In this document: positions 13,101 through 25,847 of the stretch, one piece after another
How positions within the stretch are numbered: position 1 is the first letter of the stretch
How the letters are laid out: each line of letters begins with the position of its first letter
Assembly (NCBI GenBank): GCA_040437565.1
Contig: JBDOQK010000009.1
Location: forward strand, 434,001 to 498,000
Length of the DNA: 64,000 bases
Direction: 5' to 3'
From: Albugo candida
Lineage: Eukaryota
The notes under the pieces: generated by a model
What the model saw: the letters and a program-made list of their open reading frames with translations, nothing else
Told to the model about the DNA's origin: nothing
Databases searched by the model: none
Made by a program: the position numbers and the translations under genes

Positions 13101-15012
13101 AGAAGGATGAACCAAAAAGCAATGACCAGACGAATCAAGTGATTAGAAGCGATTGGAATCGTGGTAAAGCTCTGGTTGACGGTGATGGCTTGCCTTTAGC
13201 TCGCAGTGATTGGGATTTGGTCCGAATTCTCGTCACAACTTATTTTGTTTCAAAGACTGTGGGAACCTCATTACGTATTCATCCGACAAAAGGGAACGTA
13301 ACGCAAACAATTTCTGAAAGTTGGGATCGTGTTTTCACAGTGGAAATGGGACTCCGACTTCGATTCGATTGCGAGCGCGTTTCTACTGACTCAGCTCCTC
13401 GCAACGATAAGGAATGGACCATTGACGAGACATGGAAATTTGTCACTAGATATGGGACGTATTTGTATCCTGAAATCGCAGCCGAAATCTGTATCAGAAG
13501 AGGTTTCTCGCAAGTTCTCGATATGATCCTTGATCAAGTGGTATCGAGTTCCACAATGTCTGATACATGCGACAATATAATCAATTGGATAGCCGACAAT
13601 CAGATCGAACAGAGCCTTGACTTGCTGGAGGCTTCCAATTCAATATGTTTGGTACTGCACGTACTGGATTTGCTGTACAAAATGGCACCCAAAGAAGCCA
13701 TCGATCTTAGTGTGCGCAAATACCCCATCCTACAGCCTTGGAATGTACAGCGGTGTTTGTTTGGCACTTGTGTCGACTTTACGTTATCGACAGTAAAAGC
13801 AGAGTATCATACGCGAGCTCTCACCTACTTGGAATATCTCATCCACTTACTTAGTGAGAAGCGAGAAAATGCTGGCAAGGAGCCTCAGATACTGAATCAG
13901 TGTATCAGCTTATGGTATGCCGATACCAATGTCACCGATAGGATCGTCTTTGAGCGTTGTCAAATGAGTCGAGCGGAATGGTTGCAGAAGATCTTCTACG
14001 TCCCCTCTGTCAGCCTTCAGTTCGATCATACGGAATGCTGGAAAGTTTTCGAGACGCATTGTGAGATGGATGGAATGTTGATGCTTGTATTACGATCTCT
14101 TTCGTCGCGTTCAAACGCCGAAAAAGGCATCAGTGAGTTGAAGCAGCTAATGGATCATTTACTGGAGGAGAACAATTCGGATCATCGACTTTCCAAGCTG
14201 ATCAGACGTCTTGGTCAATATGTGGACGACAAACAAGTCGTGACTCAGGCAATCGACTTGATCGCAACGCACATCGTCAAACGCCACAAAAGTAAGCCGC
14301 CAGCGCACTCATCGAAACTGATCGTTTTGACCTTACTGACGATACTTGAAACATTTGGTGTCCAAGTCGGCTTTAAGTACTTTCATTGTCATCCGAAAAT
14401 GTTCCGACTCGTGTCATACGCTGATCACAAATTGGTTATTGAGTGGTTTCTTCTGTACGAACAAGAAATGAATGTTCAGTACCAAATGCTTGAAGTTGTA
14501 GATGCTCATGCATGGCGTCCCAAAGACATTACAGGTACAGCTTGTCCATCTATCGCGTTACCACCACATCTCGCCGCCATTTTCGATATGGAACGAGGAG
14601 TTATACAAACTTCAGACTACCTCAAGTTGTACCAAAAATGGAGACAAAACATTCAAAAGTGTGATTCCAGACAAGAAGCGGTTCAATTCTATGAGGACGA
14701 TGATGATGACTGCCTCGCGTCAGTTGATCAGTTGGATGGAGGGCTCCAGCGGCTTTACGATACTCGAAATGGCGATTGGGGTGGAGAATTACAGCTTCAT
14801 GATTCGGTATGTGCCATGTGCGATCTCCCGATTGTGCTTATCGCGGAAGGTAATACATCACTATGATCGCTATGCCAAATGTTGACTCTTCTCTTACAGA
14901 GGATTATTGCAATGTGGAGATATATTTGCTACCATGCGGACATGCATTCCACGCTTCGTGTCTGCTCGATACCTCGTGTTCCATATGCATGGAAGCGGCA
15001 TTTATGTTCTGA
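10160..15012 (+). CDS. HPS5/TECPR2-like N-terminal WD40 beta-propeller protein with helical middle region and C-terminal RING-like zinc finger
   Basis: Inferred exons 10160-10293, 10352-10787, 10849-10950, 11018-11234, 11301-11503, 11568-13012, 13061-14849 and 14900-15012, all GT-AG and frame-preserving. IGTKPRNGNFGGCF and LCARPGRRIW resemble conserved HPS5/TECPR2 propeller motifs. The C-terminus reads CAMC...LPCGHAFHASC...CSIC. Confidence 0.75.
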
Positions 15013-15253
15013 GCTTTTGACCATATATGCTTCATCGTTCCGTTGAGATCGAGGAATCCGTGACAAAATCAAAAAGGTGTGCCATCTTTCTCTGACGTTG
15101 TTGAGGCTCAATGGAGCCAACGTATCGGTACGAAGACACCAAATGAATGACGGGAATTGGAAGGAGACATACACTGATGCTCGTAATAGACGTCTGCTTT
15201 GATATTCTATAGAGAATTACAGCAATGAGCAAATGCCAAAGCTGATAGCTACA

Positions 15254-16559
15254 TCAGATATTATTATCATGCGGGGTTGGCTGTGACGGAAATGGTTCCA
15301 AGTCTCCAGCAATCGTGCTAACACATATCCAATTTCCATCACAATCACAATCACATTTCCACATGTGCACGGTGCCATCATCACCAGATGAAGCCAACAT
15401 TGTACCTGTGACATTCCATTCCACACGCCACACTTCGGCGTCATGGTGATGCTTACTGGCGACCAATTTGACTATACATCGTGGTAGCTGACTATTCCCA
15501 CCAGCAGTATTGACCGCAGATGTGCTCAGTGTCCCTGTGGAAGTATTTGTGACGTCCCCCAATGTACCGTCTTGCTTAAATCGAAGCTCCCATATGCGCA
15601 CAACTCGATCTTTACTTGCCGTTGCCACCAAATGAAAGGATCGGCCCATGTTTGGTGCCCAGCATACGTCATGTATGGCGTCATTGTGCCCTTGAAGCTC
15701 CACTACTGCTTGCCAACGACGAAATGCGTTACTGTATCCCCACACTTTGACCACGTTACTATTACCACCCACGACGATAGTTGGCGGATCGATTCGAGAC
15801 TGATTCCACGAGATACAAATTGCTCCATCGCGATCAGCCAGAAATTCCTCTTGGAGCGGCCAGTGAGATAAATTGACAACATCAATCGCTTCATACATTC
15901 GTACAAAGCCGTCACCGGATGCTGTCGCCTAAACAAAATATCTGTGAGTACGAATGAAATGAGCTGTCAGAGGAAAGTACTAATCGAAGGCCCAAATGGC
16001 GAGGCGCAAACTTGACGTCATGAACAGATTCTCTTGAGTCTACCAATTGGGCTTGATTTCTCCAGCTTTCTCGAACGCTGGTAGCATTATACGATCCACT
16101 TGACGCCACACAAGACGCGAAAGCATTCTCCGGTAATGCGCTTCTCACATTGGCCGCTGGGTCCAATGAGGGAGCTTGTGCTTCTGCCTGGCGATGATAC
16201 AGGACACCTTGATCCTCCCAGATCGAAACTGTCCGATCAAAGGAACAGGATGCAATGATTTGACCGAATTCCGGGTGCGCCCACGTGACTTTCCAGACAC
16301 TCGCTTGATGCGCGCTCCATTCAGACTCCAATACCCATTCAGAATCATCATAAGTATCGTCTTTGCATCGTTTTGATCCAAGTGTCCAAATCTTTATTTT
16401 ACGGTCGGAAGAACAGGTTGCTAATCGTTTACCGTATAAATCAAAGCTCATATCGTGAATGAAATCGTTGTGATGAGATTGAAAACGGCGCATGATTTTC
16501 TGTAGAACGATAATTAGAGCAATGCGGCATTGGCAAGTCACGGGATTTATTCGTACCAT
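15254..16559 (-). CDS. SEH1: Nucleoporin/GATOR2 subunit SEH1 (WD40)
   Basis: Exons 16559-16557 (ATG only), 16499-15981 and 15928-15254, with introns 16556-16500 and 15980-15929. Diagnostic motifs: IHDMSFDLYGKRLATCSSD, WKVTWAHPEFGQIIASCSFDR, LVDSRESVHDVKFAPRHLGLRLAT, WAPNMGRSFHLVATASKD, VWRVEWNVTGTMLASSGDDG. Confidence 0.93.
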
Positions 16560-16779
16560 TGTGTGAGTTGGATGCTGTTTTATTACTTGTGTGGAATTAG
16601 TGGACTGGCAATATATGTGTAGTAACAACGGTACGATGATATCATATCATTTAATACGATGAGATGCAAATCTTAATTCCGTGTGAGCGATTAAAAGAGG
16701 ATAGCGCTTGATTAGCGGACAGATCGATCGTAATAGAATGTGTAGTCAGAGCGTGCTCGCGGCGCTTTGTTTATTTTGA

Positions 16780-19700
16780 AATGCTTATGATTACAATAGA
16801 GTTGCATCGATGTGTATCATCTGGATCCTCGTATTTCCAGGCCGAGGTCGATGTTCGTCCCGCAAGGGATAGAATAAGAGTATTGGGGAGCAAGGGAGGA
16901 GTTATGTACGGCGTCGGCGATGGAGTCATATCTATAGAGGCTGTGATTCTACTAAATGCAGTGTATCATTGCTGTAAGTATAGGTGGTCATCGATACGGA
17001 TTCCGTGATAATATACTAAGCGCATATGTCCGTGCAGTTAAGAAAGAAATTTAATGAAAGCGAGGCAATCGTACATTTCAATCTAATTCAATCTGGGGTG
17101 CATACTAACTTTATCTCAGACAAAAAATGCAATAAAAGGGACGAGCCCTGTTACCAGCATTCTGGTCTTACTGACATGTTCGCTACAATGATTCAACACT
17201 TTGTACCGGCATAATGTCCTACCAGCGACGCCCTTGTTGTTTATTACGCGATAAACATCAAGTTGATTCTTCAGATTATGCTCCTTTCGGCTTCAAAAAA
17301 ATCGTCGAGCGTGATCACTAGTGCCTCCTTACGAGACTAGGGCGATAAAACGTTTCCTCCTATTATTTTCGGAATGTCTGGCGCTTCCCTCATTGTACGA
17401 ATCACTGACTGCGTGATGCTATGTCAGTTCATATGCTTTGTACCGCGCGTGAGTAATATCATCGCAGGATGTCGCGTGGACTTGACAATATGGAGACAGG
17501 AATAGCTGTCACCTTTTGTGTCTTAATCATTTTATTCGATGATGTAACAGCGCTTCATAAACTATGAGCTTTTCCTTTCTTATATCTCTTCCATGCGGCT
17601 TACACATTCAAAGCGGCGGTAGAAATTGGACTCACATATAATTGTCTTTGTTAGTGTATATACTGAGTATGAGATCTCGAAGAATATTGGCACTCCTGAG
17701 CTAGATCTACCCTTTTACCGTATGACTGCTGGTAGATAGTATACATTCGCAGCATGCAACGCAATATCAAGTGATACAATCCGCAGATGTTGTTTGCGGG
17801 ACCCTGAAACAAGCTTATTGATTTGCGTTTTGATTCATTGCGCATCACGTGCCGGGCGTCTTACATATCGCGATCATCAGTAGGCGTTTTACATAGATGA
17901 ATATCATAGCTTGGATGCTATTTGCGCACGTAATTGCAATACAAAGGGAAGCGACGATTTTTACTCATATTCTCGTACTTTTAAAACGTTAGCATTNNNN
18001 NNNNNNNNNNNNNNNNNNNNNNNNNNNNNNNNNNNNNNNNNNNNNNNNNNNNNNNNNNNNNNNNNNNNNNNNNNNNNNNNNNNNNNNNNNNNNNNNTAAT
18101 TCCGTGTGAGCGATTAAAAGAGGATAGCGCTTGATTAGCGGACAGATCGATCGTAATAGAATGTGTAGTCAGAGCGTGCTCGCGGCGCTTTGTTTATTTT
18201 GAAATGCTTATGATTACAATAGAGTTGCATCGATGTGTATCATCTGGATCCTCGTATTTCCAGGCCGAGGTCGATGTTCGTCCCGCAAGGGATAGAATAA
18301 GAGTATTGGGGAGCAAGGGAGGAGTTATGTACGGCGTCGGCGATGGAGTCATATCTATAGAGGCTGTGATTCTACTAAATGCAGTGTATCATTGCTGTAA
18401 GTATAGGTGGTCATCGATACGGATTCCGTGATAATATACTAAGCGCATATGTCCGTGCAGTTAAGAAAGAAATTTAATGAAAGCGAGGCAATCGTACATT
18501 TCAATCTAATTCAATCTGGGGTGCATACTAACTTTATCTCAGACAAAAAATGCAATAAAAGGGACGAGCCCTGTTACCAGCATTCTGGTCTTACTGACAT
18601 GTTCGCTACAATGATTCAACACTTTGTACCGGCATAATGTCCTACCAGCGACGCCCTTGTTGTTTATTACGCGATAAACATCAAGTTGATTCTTCAGATT
18701 ATGCTCCTTTCGGCTTCAAAAAAATCGTCGAGCGTGATCACTAGTGCCTCCTTACGAGACTAGGGCGATAAAACGTTTCCTCCTATTATTTTCGGAATGT
18801 CTGGCGCTTCCCTCATTGTACGAATCACTGACTGCGTGATGCTATGTCAGTTCATATGCTTTGTACCGCGCGTGAGTAATATCATCGCAGGATGTCGCGT
18901 GGACTTGACAATATGGAGACAGGAATAGCTGTCACCTTTTGTGTCTTAATCATTTTATTCGATGATGTAACAGCGCTTCATAAACTATGAGCTTTTCCTT
19001 TCTTATATCTCTTCCATGCGGCTTACACATTCAAAGCGGCGGTAGAAATTGGACTCACATATAATTGTCTTTGTTAGTGTATATACTGAGTATGAGATCT
19101 CGAAGAATATTGGCACTCCTGAGCTAGATCTACCCTTTTACCGTATGACTGCTGGTAGATAGTATACATTCGCAGCATGCAACGCAATATCAAGTGATAC
19201 AATCCGCAGATGTTGTTTGCGGGACCCTGAAACAAGCTTATTGATTTGCGTTTTGATTCATTGCGCATCACGTGCCGGGCGTCTTACATATCGCGATCAT
19301 CAGTAGGCGTTTTACATAGATGAATATCATAGCTTGGATGCTATTTGCGCACGTAATTGCAATACAAAGGGAAGCGACGATTTTTACTCATATTCTCGTA
19401 CTTTTAAAACGTTAGCATTCTCGTGAGAGTAATGCTGGCTCACATAAAGATGTCAACTCTAACAATATGATAGAATCTCTTGTTACCGGTTCTTCGCGAC
19501 ATTTTACGAGTTTGTCCATTTAAAGCTCATCTAGGTGCGCATTAGCCACTCAGTTTGTTCGCCGGTATCGCGCAAGGACAATTTAAATATTGGATTAGTT
19601 CTAGAGGTATGATTTATACTACAAGCTCGAGTTTAAAAATCACGAATTCCGTTTACTTCATATCTGACTTTGTATGAAAGTATGCATAGCGCGAACAATC

Positions 19701-21300
19701 CACAACTTGCGCAAAATTGGCGCTAAGTTAGCGATGCTCTATAAGAAAGTAAAAACAGAGTTTGGCTGATGTATACGTAATAACGTGTGATCTTGCCCCT
19801 TGATAGTATCCGCACAAAGTTGAGTTATAACTTCTCCAAAGCCTTTTACTGCTAACAAATGTTCTCTAATCGAGTCGCGGCTCTATTTAAAGAGGCCATA
19901 TCATGGCATGTTGCAAATGAGTGTTCATATATAAGAAGCTCTTACAATTTTTCCTCCAAGTTCTTTCTCGATAAAACCACTCAAAGCGCAACGTAAATGT
20001 TTCGTTGGTACGTATAGACGTGATCATCTCTACAAGAAAAGAAGCAGCCGAAAGCGTGAGGTTCTTATCGGATAAGATTGCGGACTACAGTGTTTGATCC
20101 ACGACGTGATGTTGACGTATCACAAATGCTATGTGGATGCTTTCATCTGCTTGTTTTGATAGTATTTTCACTGATAAAAACCCTCCGATTGGCGGCCTAT
20201 TGAATGTGAAGAAAGTACTACAGGGTTCTTGAGTTTCATTTCTGCAAGAGCCTATTAGATATGCTCGCAAATTATCCAACTACACACACGATACTTGAAG
20301 GGGAAAAACCTTAATATCCTTTGTCCTCTATAAAAGAAATGCTGTTGGCAGGTGAGCGATGATGGTCGACCTATTCTTTCAATTTGTGCGCTACGCAATC
20401 CTATCGTCATGACCTGATTGACTCCCATCACTTGCAGGATTTCGGCGATGTCCTGATTAGGATAGAAGGGAAAGTGTCATATACTGTGCACATTCTACAC
20501 AAACTGATTCACAATTGCTGCAATTTCTTCTCGTGCTTTGTACATTTGGTCATGTCGCCCATATCCTACTATTACTCCCGTGATGCTTTTGGCCCAGAAT
20601 CTTCGCATTACTAATATAGTCCTCAGGAGCTTCACAATTCTATCAAAGTAGGAATACATATATCGTTCACGTTCTATCCATACTGGTCCACACTTGTTGT
20701 AGAACAGACAGTATCCTCAGTGACGGTATTTTTCTCANNNNNNNNNNNNNNNNNNNNNNNNNNNNNNNNNNNNNNNNNNNNNNNNNNNNNNNNNNNNNNN
20801 NNNNNNNNNNNNNNNNNNNNNNNNNNNNNNNNNNNNNTTCTATCCATACTGGTCCACACTTGTTGTAGAACAGACAGTATCCTCAGTGACGGTATTTTTC
20901 TCATCATCGACAAACTTTCCAATTTGCATTGCATTCAGAGACAAGCCATGGTAATGCGCAATTTCGTTCCGTAGCGGAGTTTCGGAGCCTTCGAAACTAA
21001 GTTTTGACAAAAGTAGGATCATAATCACAAATTCTTTGTAGGGGTACCAGTGTTTGGTCGTTTAGTCTAGGCTACAACGTGGTCCACTCTTGATCGATTG
21101 CGACACATCCTCATCCGATATGCCAGGTCTTATTTTCTTTTCACAAACACAACTTTCAGGCTTGTAGGTATGTTCATATGGTGTTCTCATTCCCAATAAC
21201 ATATGTTATGTGGGTGCGAGAACGCTTGCTGTAAATACAAGCGGTAGCCTACCGACAATAATTCCCTTACTTTGGCCTTTCCAGCGAAGCAACTAGAATA
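16780..21300 (-). mobile_element. Highly degenerate Copia-like retrotransposon remnant
   Basis: No long ORFs. Faint minus-strand motifs such as MRTPYEHTYKP (~21190, end of integrase core) and a TNIDL-like RNase H remnant (~16850). Partly duplicated by a gap artefact. Confidence 0.3.
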
Positions 21301-22699
21301 TACGCTATGTTGTACTCATTAATTCGACTAGCATTCCTACACAATCTAGCTCATGCACGTGCCGTGCAAGAAGGATCATGATTCCTCTGCCTATCGCGAC
21401 TATTGTAACGACCCATACTGCCAGCATTCCATCTAATTGGAAGGCTTCGAGGTCTATTATAGACCTATTATAGTATAGCAAAAATGTGGCGTTCGACGTC
21501 ATTGATCTCTCTAACGCTCAACACAACACGCAATACCAGCCACCATAATCTTAGTGCATATCGCCTGCATGCAAGAAACAGATCTACCAATGCGTAGGAG
21601 CATATCAAACCGAAGTTGGTGAGAGATTATCGCTACCGTAGTTCCAAGCACTCTGCTTGATTTACTGCGTCATAGCACCAGCATCCTGATTGGAATCCAT
21701 CTCTTCTGCTTAAATATGACTTCAAAAACGAATGCATAACACTAGAATGCGGTGCAGTCTCGAGTCATTAGTAACACAAAACGTCCACAGAAGGATGCTT
21801 CTTTGACAGGAGACACTTATTTACACGATATTATCTCGGTAACAGCACCACTCACTCGTATAATATATCATCAGACTTCGGGTGGAAACGTTTATCCGCT
21901 GGAGTTGCACAACTTGCTAACGAGATATCCATCGCAATAAATGGAAGCCTTAGGCTAATGGAAGCTCTCAAATGTATAGAAACAGAAACGAAAATCAAGG
22001 TAAACTATTATAAGCGCTGAATGGATAGCTTTAAATGAGTTGATACTTAATACGGTGCGCCGATATGATCGAGCGTCATGTCAAACGAGCTTTGAAATAG
22101 GTAACTTCACATTGTTTTGGTGCACAAAGTTGTAATTGTAAATGGAGTTGGGAACTGACTCTTATGATATTGGCAGAAGCAACTGAAGTCAATATTTGAG
22201 CGAGAGAAAAGCTAATTTTTTTTGCCGAAAACAGCGAAGAAAAATTACGAAAAAGAAGAACTTAAAAGTGTAATCACAACGGAGCGTCACTAGATAATAA
22301 AAAAGCCGAAGTAGTGCCAATCTAATGTCTTGAATGATTCGTGTATCTATGAAGCCCTTAGTCATCAGGCTGAATATTATCTCATCATCTCGTCATCTCG
22401 TCGTACATTCAAATGAAGTCGAATGACAAATACATAGAGCTTCTTCGTCGCCTTATCTTTGTGAGNNNNNNNNNNNNNNNNNNNNNNNNNNNNNNNNNNN
22501 NNNNNNNNNNNNNNNNNNNNNNNNNNNNNNNNNNNNNNNNNNNNNNNNNNNNNNNNNNNNNNNNNGTCGTACATTCAAATGAAGTCGAATGACAAATACA
22601 TAGAGCTTCTTCGTCGCCTTATCTTTGTGAGAATTAGAATCCGCGCAAAAGAAGCGGCTTCCAACGGTAGGAACGGATCGAAGCGGCTCTGCAATTATC

Positions 22700-23080
22700 C
22701 AAAGAGGTCATTTTTTTTATAAATGCAAATCTGCTGATTGACTCTCGCCAACCTTTGCACTGTGAAGATTCGGAAGTTCTTCGAAATCGACAAAGACGAT
22801 GAATTCATCCACGAAATATTCACAGGAATTTCGTCTCACATGCGTGACATCTATTACAGAACTAAAACAAAGATTTCAAGATTCAGAGCAGCCGGTCGCG
22901 GGCTGTATTGGTCAACGAAGGAAGCGGTATAGCTGGCCGACTATTCTGCATGGCATTTTAGTACCTTCTCATTTCTCTTTCCGGACCAATAATGAAGAGT
23001 TGCTCAGGCCATTTATTTTCTAGCCGATTACGAGAAAGAATCGGCGGTTGGATAGAGACGTAAACGAGCTTAAACAACTA
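22700..23080 (+). mobile_element. Possible hAT transposase C-terminal (dimerisation domain) remnant
   Basis: Frameshifted YWSTKE / SWPTILHGILVPSHFS...ELLRPF...RKNRR loosely resembles the hAT C-terminal W..L...A...LS.P.SS...ER.FS pattern. Confidence 0.25.
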
Positions 23081-23644
23081 CGGGGTCCCAGCACAAGTCT
23101 GGCAGTACAAAATTGCATAAGGTGTATAAAAAATGACGTCAATTCTTGTTTTGAAAAACAGAGATTGTATGGAAGTCGGTTATGCACTTGAGCGCACGGA
23201 CCCCTGTCGGAGGTCGATAATTCGATCCCCGGCAGTGTGGGCAGCGGTTTGAGTCCACCTAAGCAATAAGCTTGGAAAATATATGCCTCTCTAGGTTTGA
23301 ATTCAGACTCAAGTGATATTCACACGGTCAGGGGCTCATGATAGGATAAGGAAGGTAGTCAAAGAACCAGATAAACNNNNNNNNNNNNNNNNNNNNNNNN
23401 NNNNNNNNNNNNNNNNNNNNNNNNNNNNNNNNNNNNNNNNNNNNNNNNNNNNNNNNNNNNNNNNNNNNNNNNNNNNAGGCCATTTATTTTCTAGCCGATT
23501 ACGAGAAAGAATCGGCGGTTGGATAGAGACGTAAACGAGCTTAAACAACTACGGGGTCCCAGCACAAGTCTGGCAGTACAAAATTGCATAAGGTGTATAA
23601 AAAATGACGTCAATTCTTGTTTTGAAAAACAGAGATTGTATGGA

Positions 23645-23880
23645 AGTCGGTTATGCACTTGAGCGCACGGACCCCTGTCGGAGGTCGATAATTCGATCCC
23701 CGGCAGTGTGGGCAGCGGTTTGAGTCCACCTAAGCAATAAGCTTGGAAAATATATGCCTCTCTAGGTTTGAATTCAGACTCAAGTGATATTCACACGGTC
23801 AGGGGCTCATGATAGGATAAGGAAGGTAGTCAAAGAACCAGATAAACAGTGCAATGAAATCCTTGACAAAGTAAAAAAAA
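23645..23880 (+). mobile_element. tRNA-derived SINE-like repeat, 5'-truncated copy with A-tail (also artefactually duplicated at 23174-23376)
   Basis: Aligns over ~200 bp with 54357-54563. It has a degenerate B box (ATTCGATCC) and ends in GTAAAAAAAA at 23880. Confidence 0.6.
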
Positions 23881-24589
23881 TAGAGCTCACGCGGGTTGCG
23901 TTCGCTGCCAAGTCGGCTTCGTGGAGGGAAATCACGAATTAGCAATCAATGAATTCGCGCGCAAGCGCTTTATCTCTATCGTCGAAATAGAGATTTACCT
24001 GTCGAGTATTCTATCGATCTAGATAATCCTGAAATCCGTGTTCTTGTGGCTATTTTGGTGACATAAAAGGGCCATGCTCTCATCTCTATACGGTCCTATG
24101 ATCCGTCAACAAGCTCTCCCTTCTCAAGACTTTCTGCGATACGTCATGGACCAAGGAGGTGTAACAGCGTGCTTACGCCCCCTGATGGAGAGGAATAATT
24201 GCGTGACCGTATGTGAAACTGACGCGTTAAGAAAGGCAAAGCGAATTAAGTCTTAAGTTACATCAAAAGCTTTGAAGAAGAAGCGCATCAACAGGTGCAC
24301 TATTTCCCAAAAAACAAGAGTAAAAGAAGCTGTTATCGTGAGTGGTGGTAAAGGCCGAAGTACGTATATATCTCTGTTTGACCTGCTTGTCTATTATATT
24401 CACTCCATCTTCGGTTGGATTCACTACCTTCGAAGTCACGTGACCAAGGTTTTGGTCACGTCTACGTGATTAATTTTCAAGTTCGACGGATGCAAACGAC
24501 TTGTTCTCCATTTCGCAATTCCAATCGAGAATCTTTTTCCCTCTCTGCGAATTACCTACCACCAACTTTGATTATATATATCGTGAGAA

Positions 24590-25686
24590 TGGTACTGTGA
24601 AGAGAGCGCTCATGCTAGGAAGACAGTCAACAGAGAAGCAAATGGTAATCAACGCCACGCTGTCTGTCTCAGATACAACGCATGCAACTGAATTTTCTTC
24701 GACATCGAGATTGGAGGCTCTTTTCCGCCGAACGACAACGGCATCCATGGAAATGCTACCATTCCCGCAATAATAGAACGTCTGATGAGTGGCAAATGCC
24801 ACACCTTTCTGCTCATCTGGTGCGATGAATTATCCAGGTATGTTCCCTCCCCAAGAGGCCGAATATGATAGCTGATAAGAGTTGCTTTCCGCAGCACAGA
24901 AATAGGCTCTTGGCTAGGGATAAGAAGTGGCTATCAAACGTTCGGTTACCGGAAGAAAAATGCATACTTGAAATGTCATTGTGGTGGCGCACACCTGTTC
25001 AATTATCAGAACGAAAGCGACAGAGAACATGTCGGAGCACTGAATTCCCTTTTCTCTCTAGGCGAATTATTCCAATAAAAACGTGAATGGGAAGTTGAAC
25101 ACAATACTTCGCGAGCACAATAACAAATGCTCTCTTCATCCATCCGGGCATTCATCCCATAGATATCTCACCAAAGAACAGGCGGAAAAACCTATGAAAA
25201 TGACAAATGCGGGTCTCAAACCGACTGTTATTTTTTATAACGCTAGAGATGACCAAAAAAAAACATCTTTAAAATTCTGCGCAGTTTTCAGAACGCACGA
25301 GTCAACGTTCAAAGCAACCAACTCGCGGGGAAAACTTTTTTTTTAAGCAAATGAAGGCGGTAACATCACTGGATTATTTTTTGCGCATCCGAACAGCGTG
25401 AAGCTTGCGAGCCGATACAATCATGTTGTTTTGATGGACGGCAGGTATAAAACAAACCGTTACTGAGTCCCGCTTCTTCACATCATCGGAATGACCGCGC
25501 TCAATACGACGTTCACATTAGCTTCCTGCTTCCGGTCGGGAAGAAAGTGGAGAATTATGCGTGGGCAATGTCGAAACTGCCAACAGTGTGAAAAAATGAA
25601 TCTGCGGCGAAGTAATCTTCACGGACCCGGAACTGGCCCTTATGGCGGCCATCGCACAAATTTCCCGTCGTCCTCGAATCTGCTCT
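24590..25686 (+). pseudogene. Mutator-like (MULE/FAR1-type) transposase pseudogene
   Basis: FFAHPNSVKLASRYNHVVLMDGRYKTNRY*VPLLHIIGMTALNTTFTLASCF matches the MULE transposase D-TYKTN-Y-PL core. An upstream EHN/GHSSHR segment is FAR1-like. Contains stops and frameshifts and is cut by a gap. Confidence 0.85.
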
Positions 25687-25847
25687 NNNNNNNNNNNNNN
25701 NNNNNNNNNNNNNNNNNNNNNNNNNNNNNNNNNNNNNNNNNNNNNNNNNNNNNNNNNNNNNNNNNNNNNNNNNNNNNNNNNNNNNNGAACTTTTGCTGTA
25801 TGAGTCATATTGTTGAATTTCTGTTATATAAATCGTATTAACTTTTG

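Noticed and set aside
16674-19419. Apparent 1.3-kb tandem duplication, and similar ones at 6574-7249, 20672-20903, 23007-23846, 32543-34374, 37679-39980, 41201-41680, 55580-56581 and 60535-60998
   Set aside because: Each pair is essentially identical and centred on a 100-N gap, so these are unmerged contig overlaps rather than biological duplications.
24438-24461. Perfect hairpin ACGTGACCAA-GGTT-TTGGTCACGT
   Set aside because: An isolated 10-bp stem near the MULE start, with no Helitron CTAG end or other supporting context.
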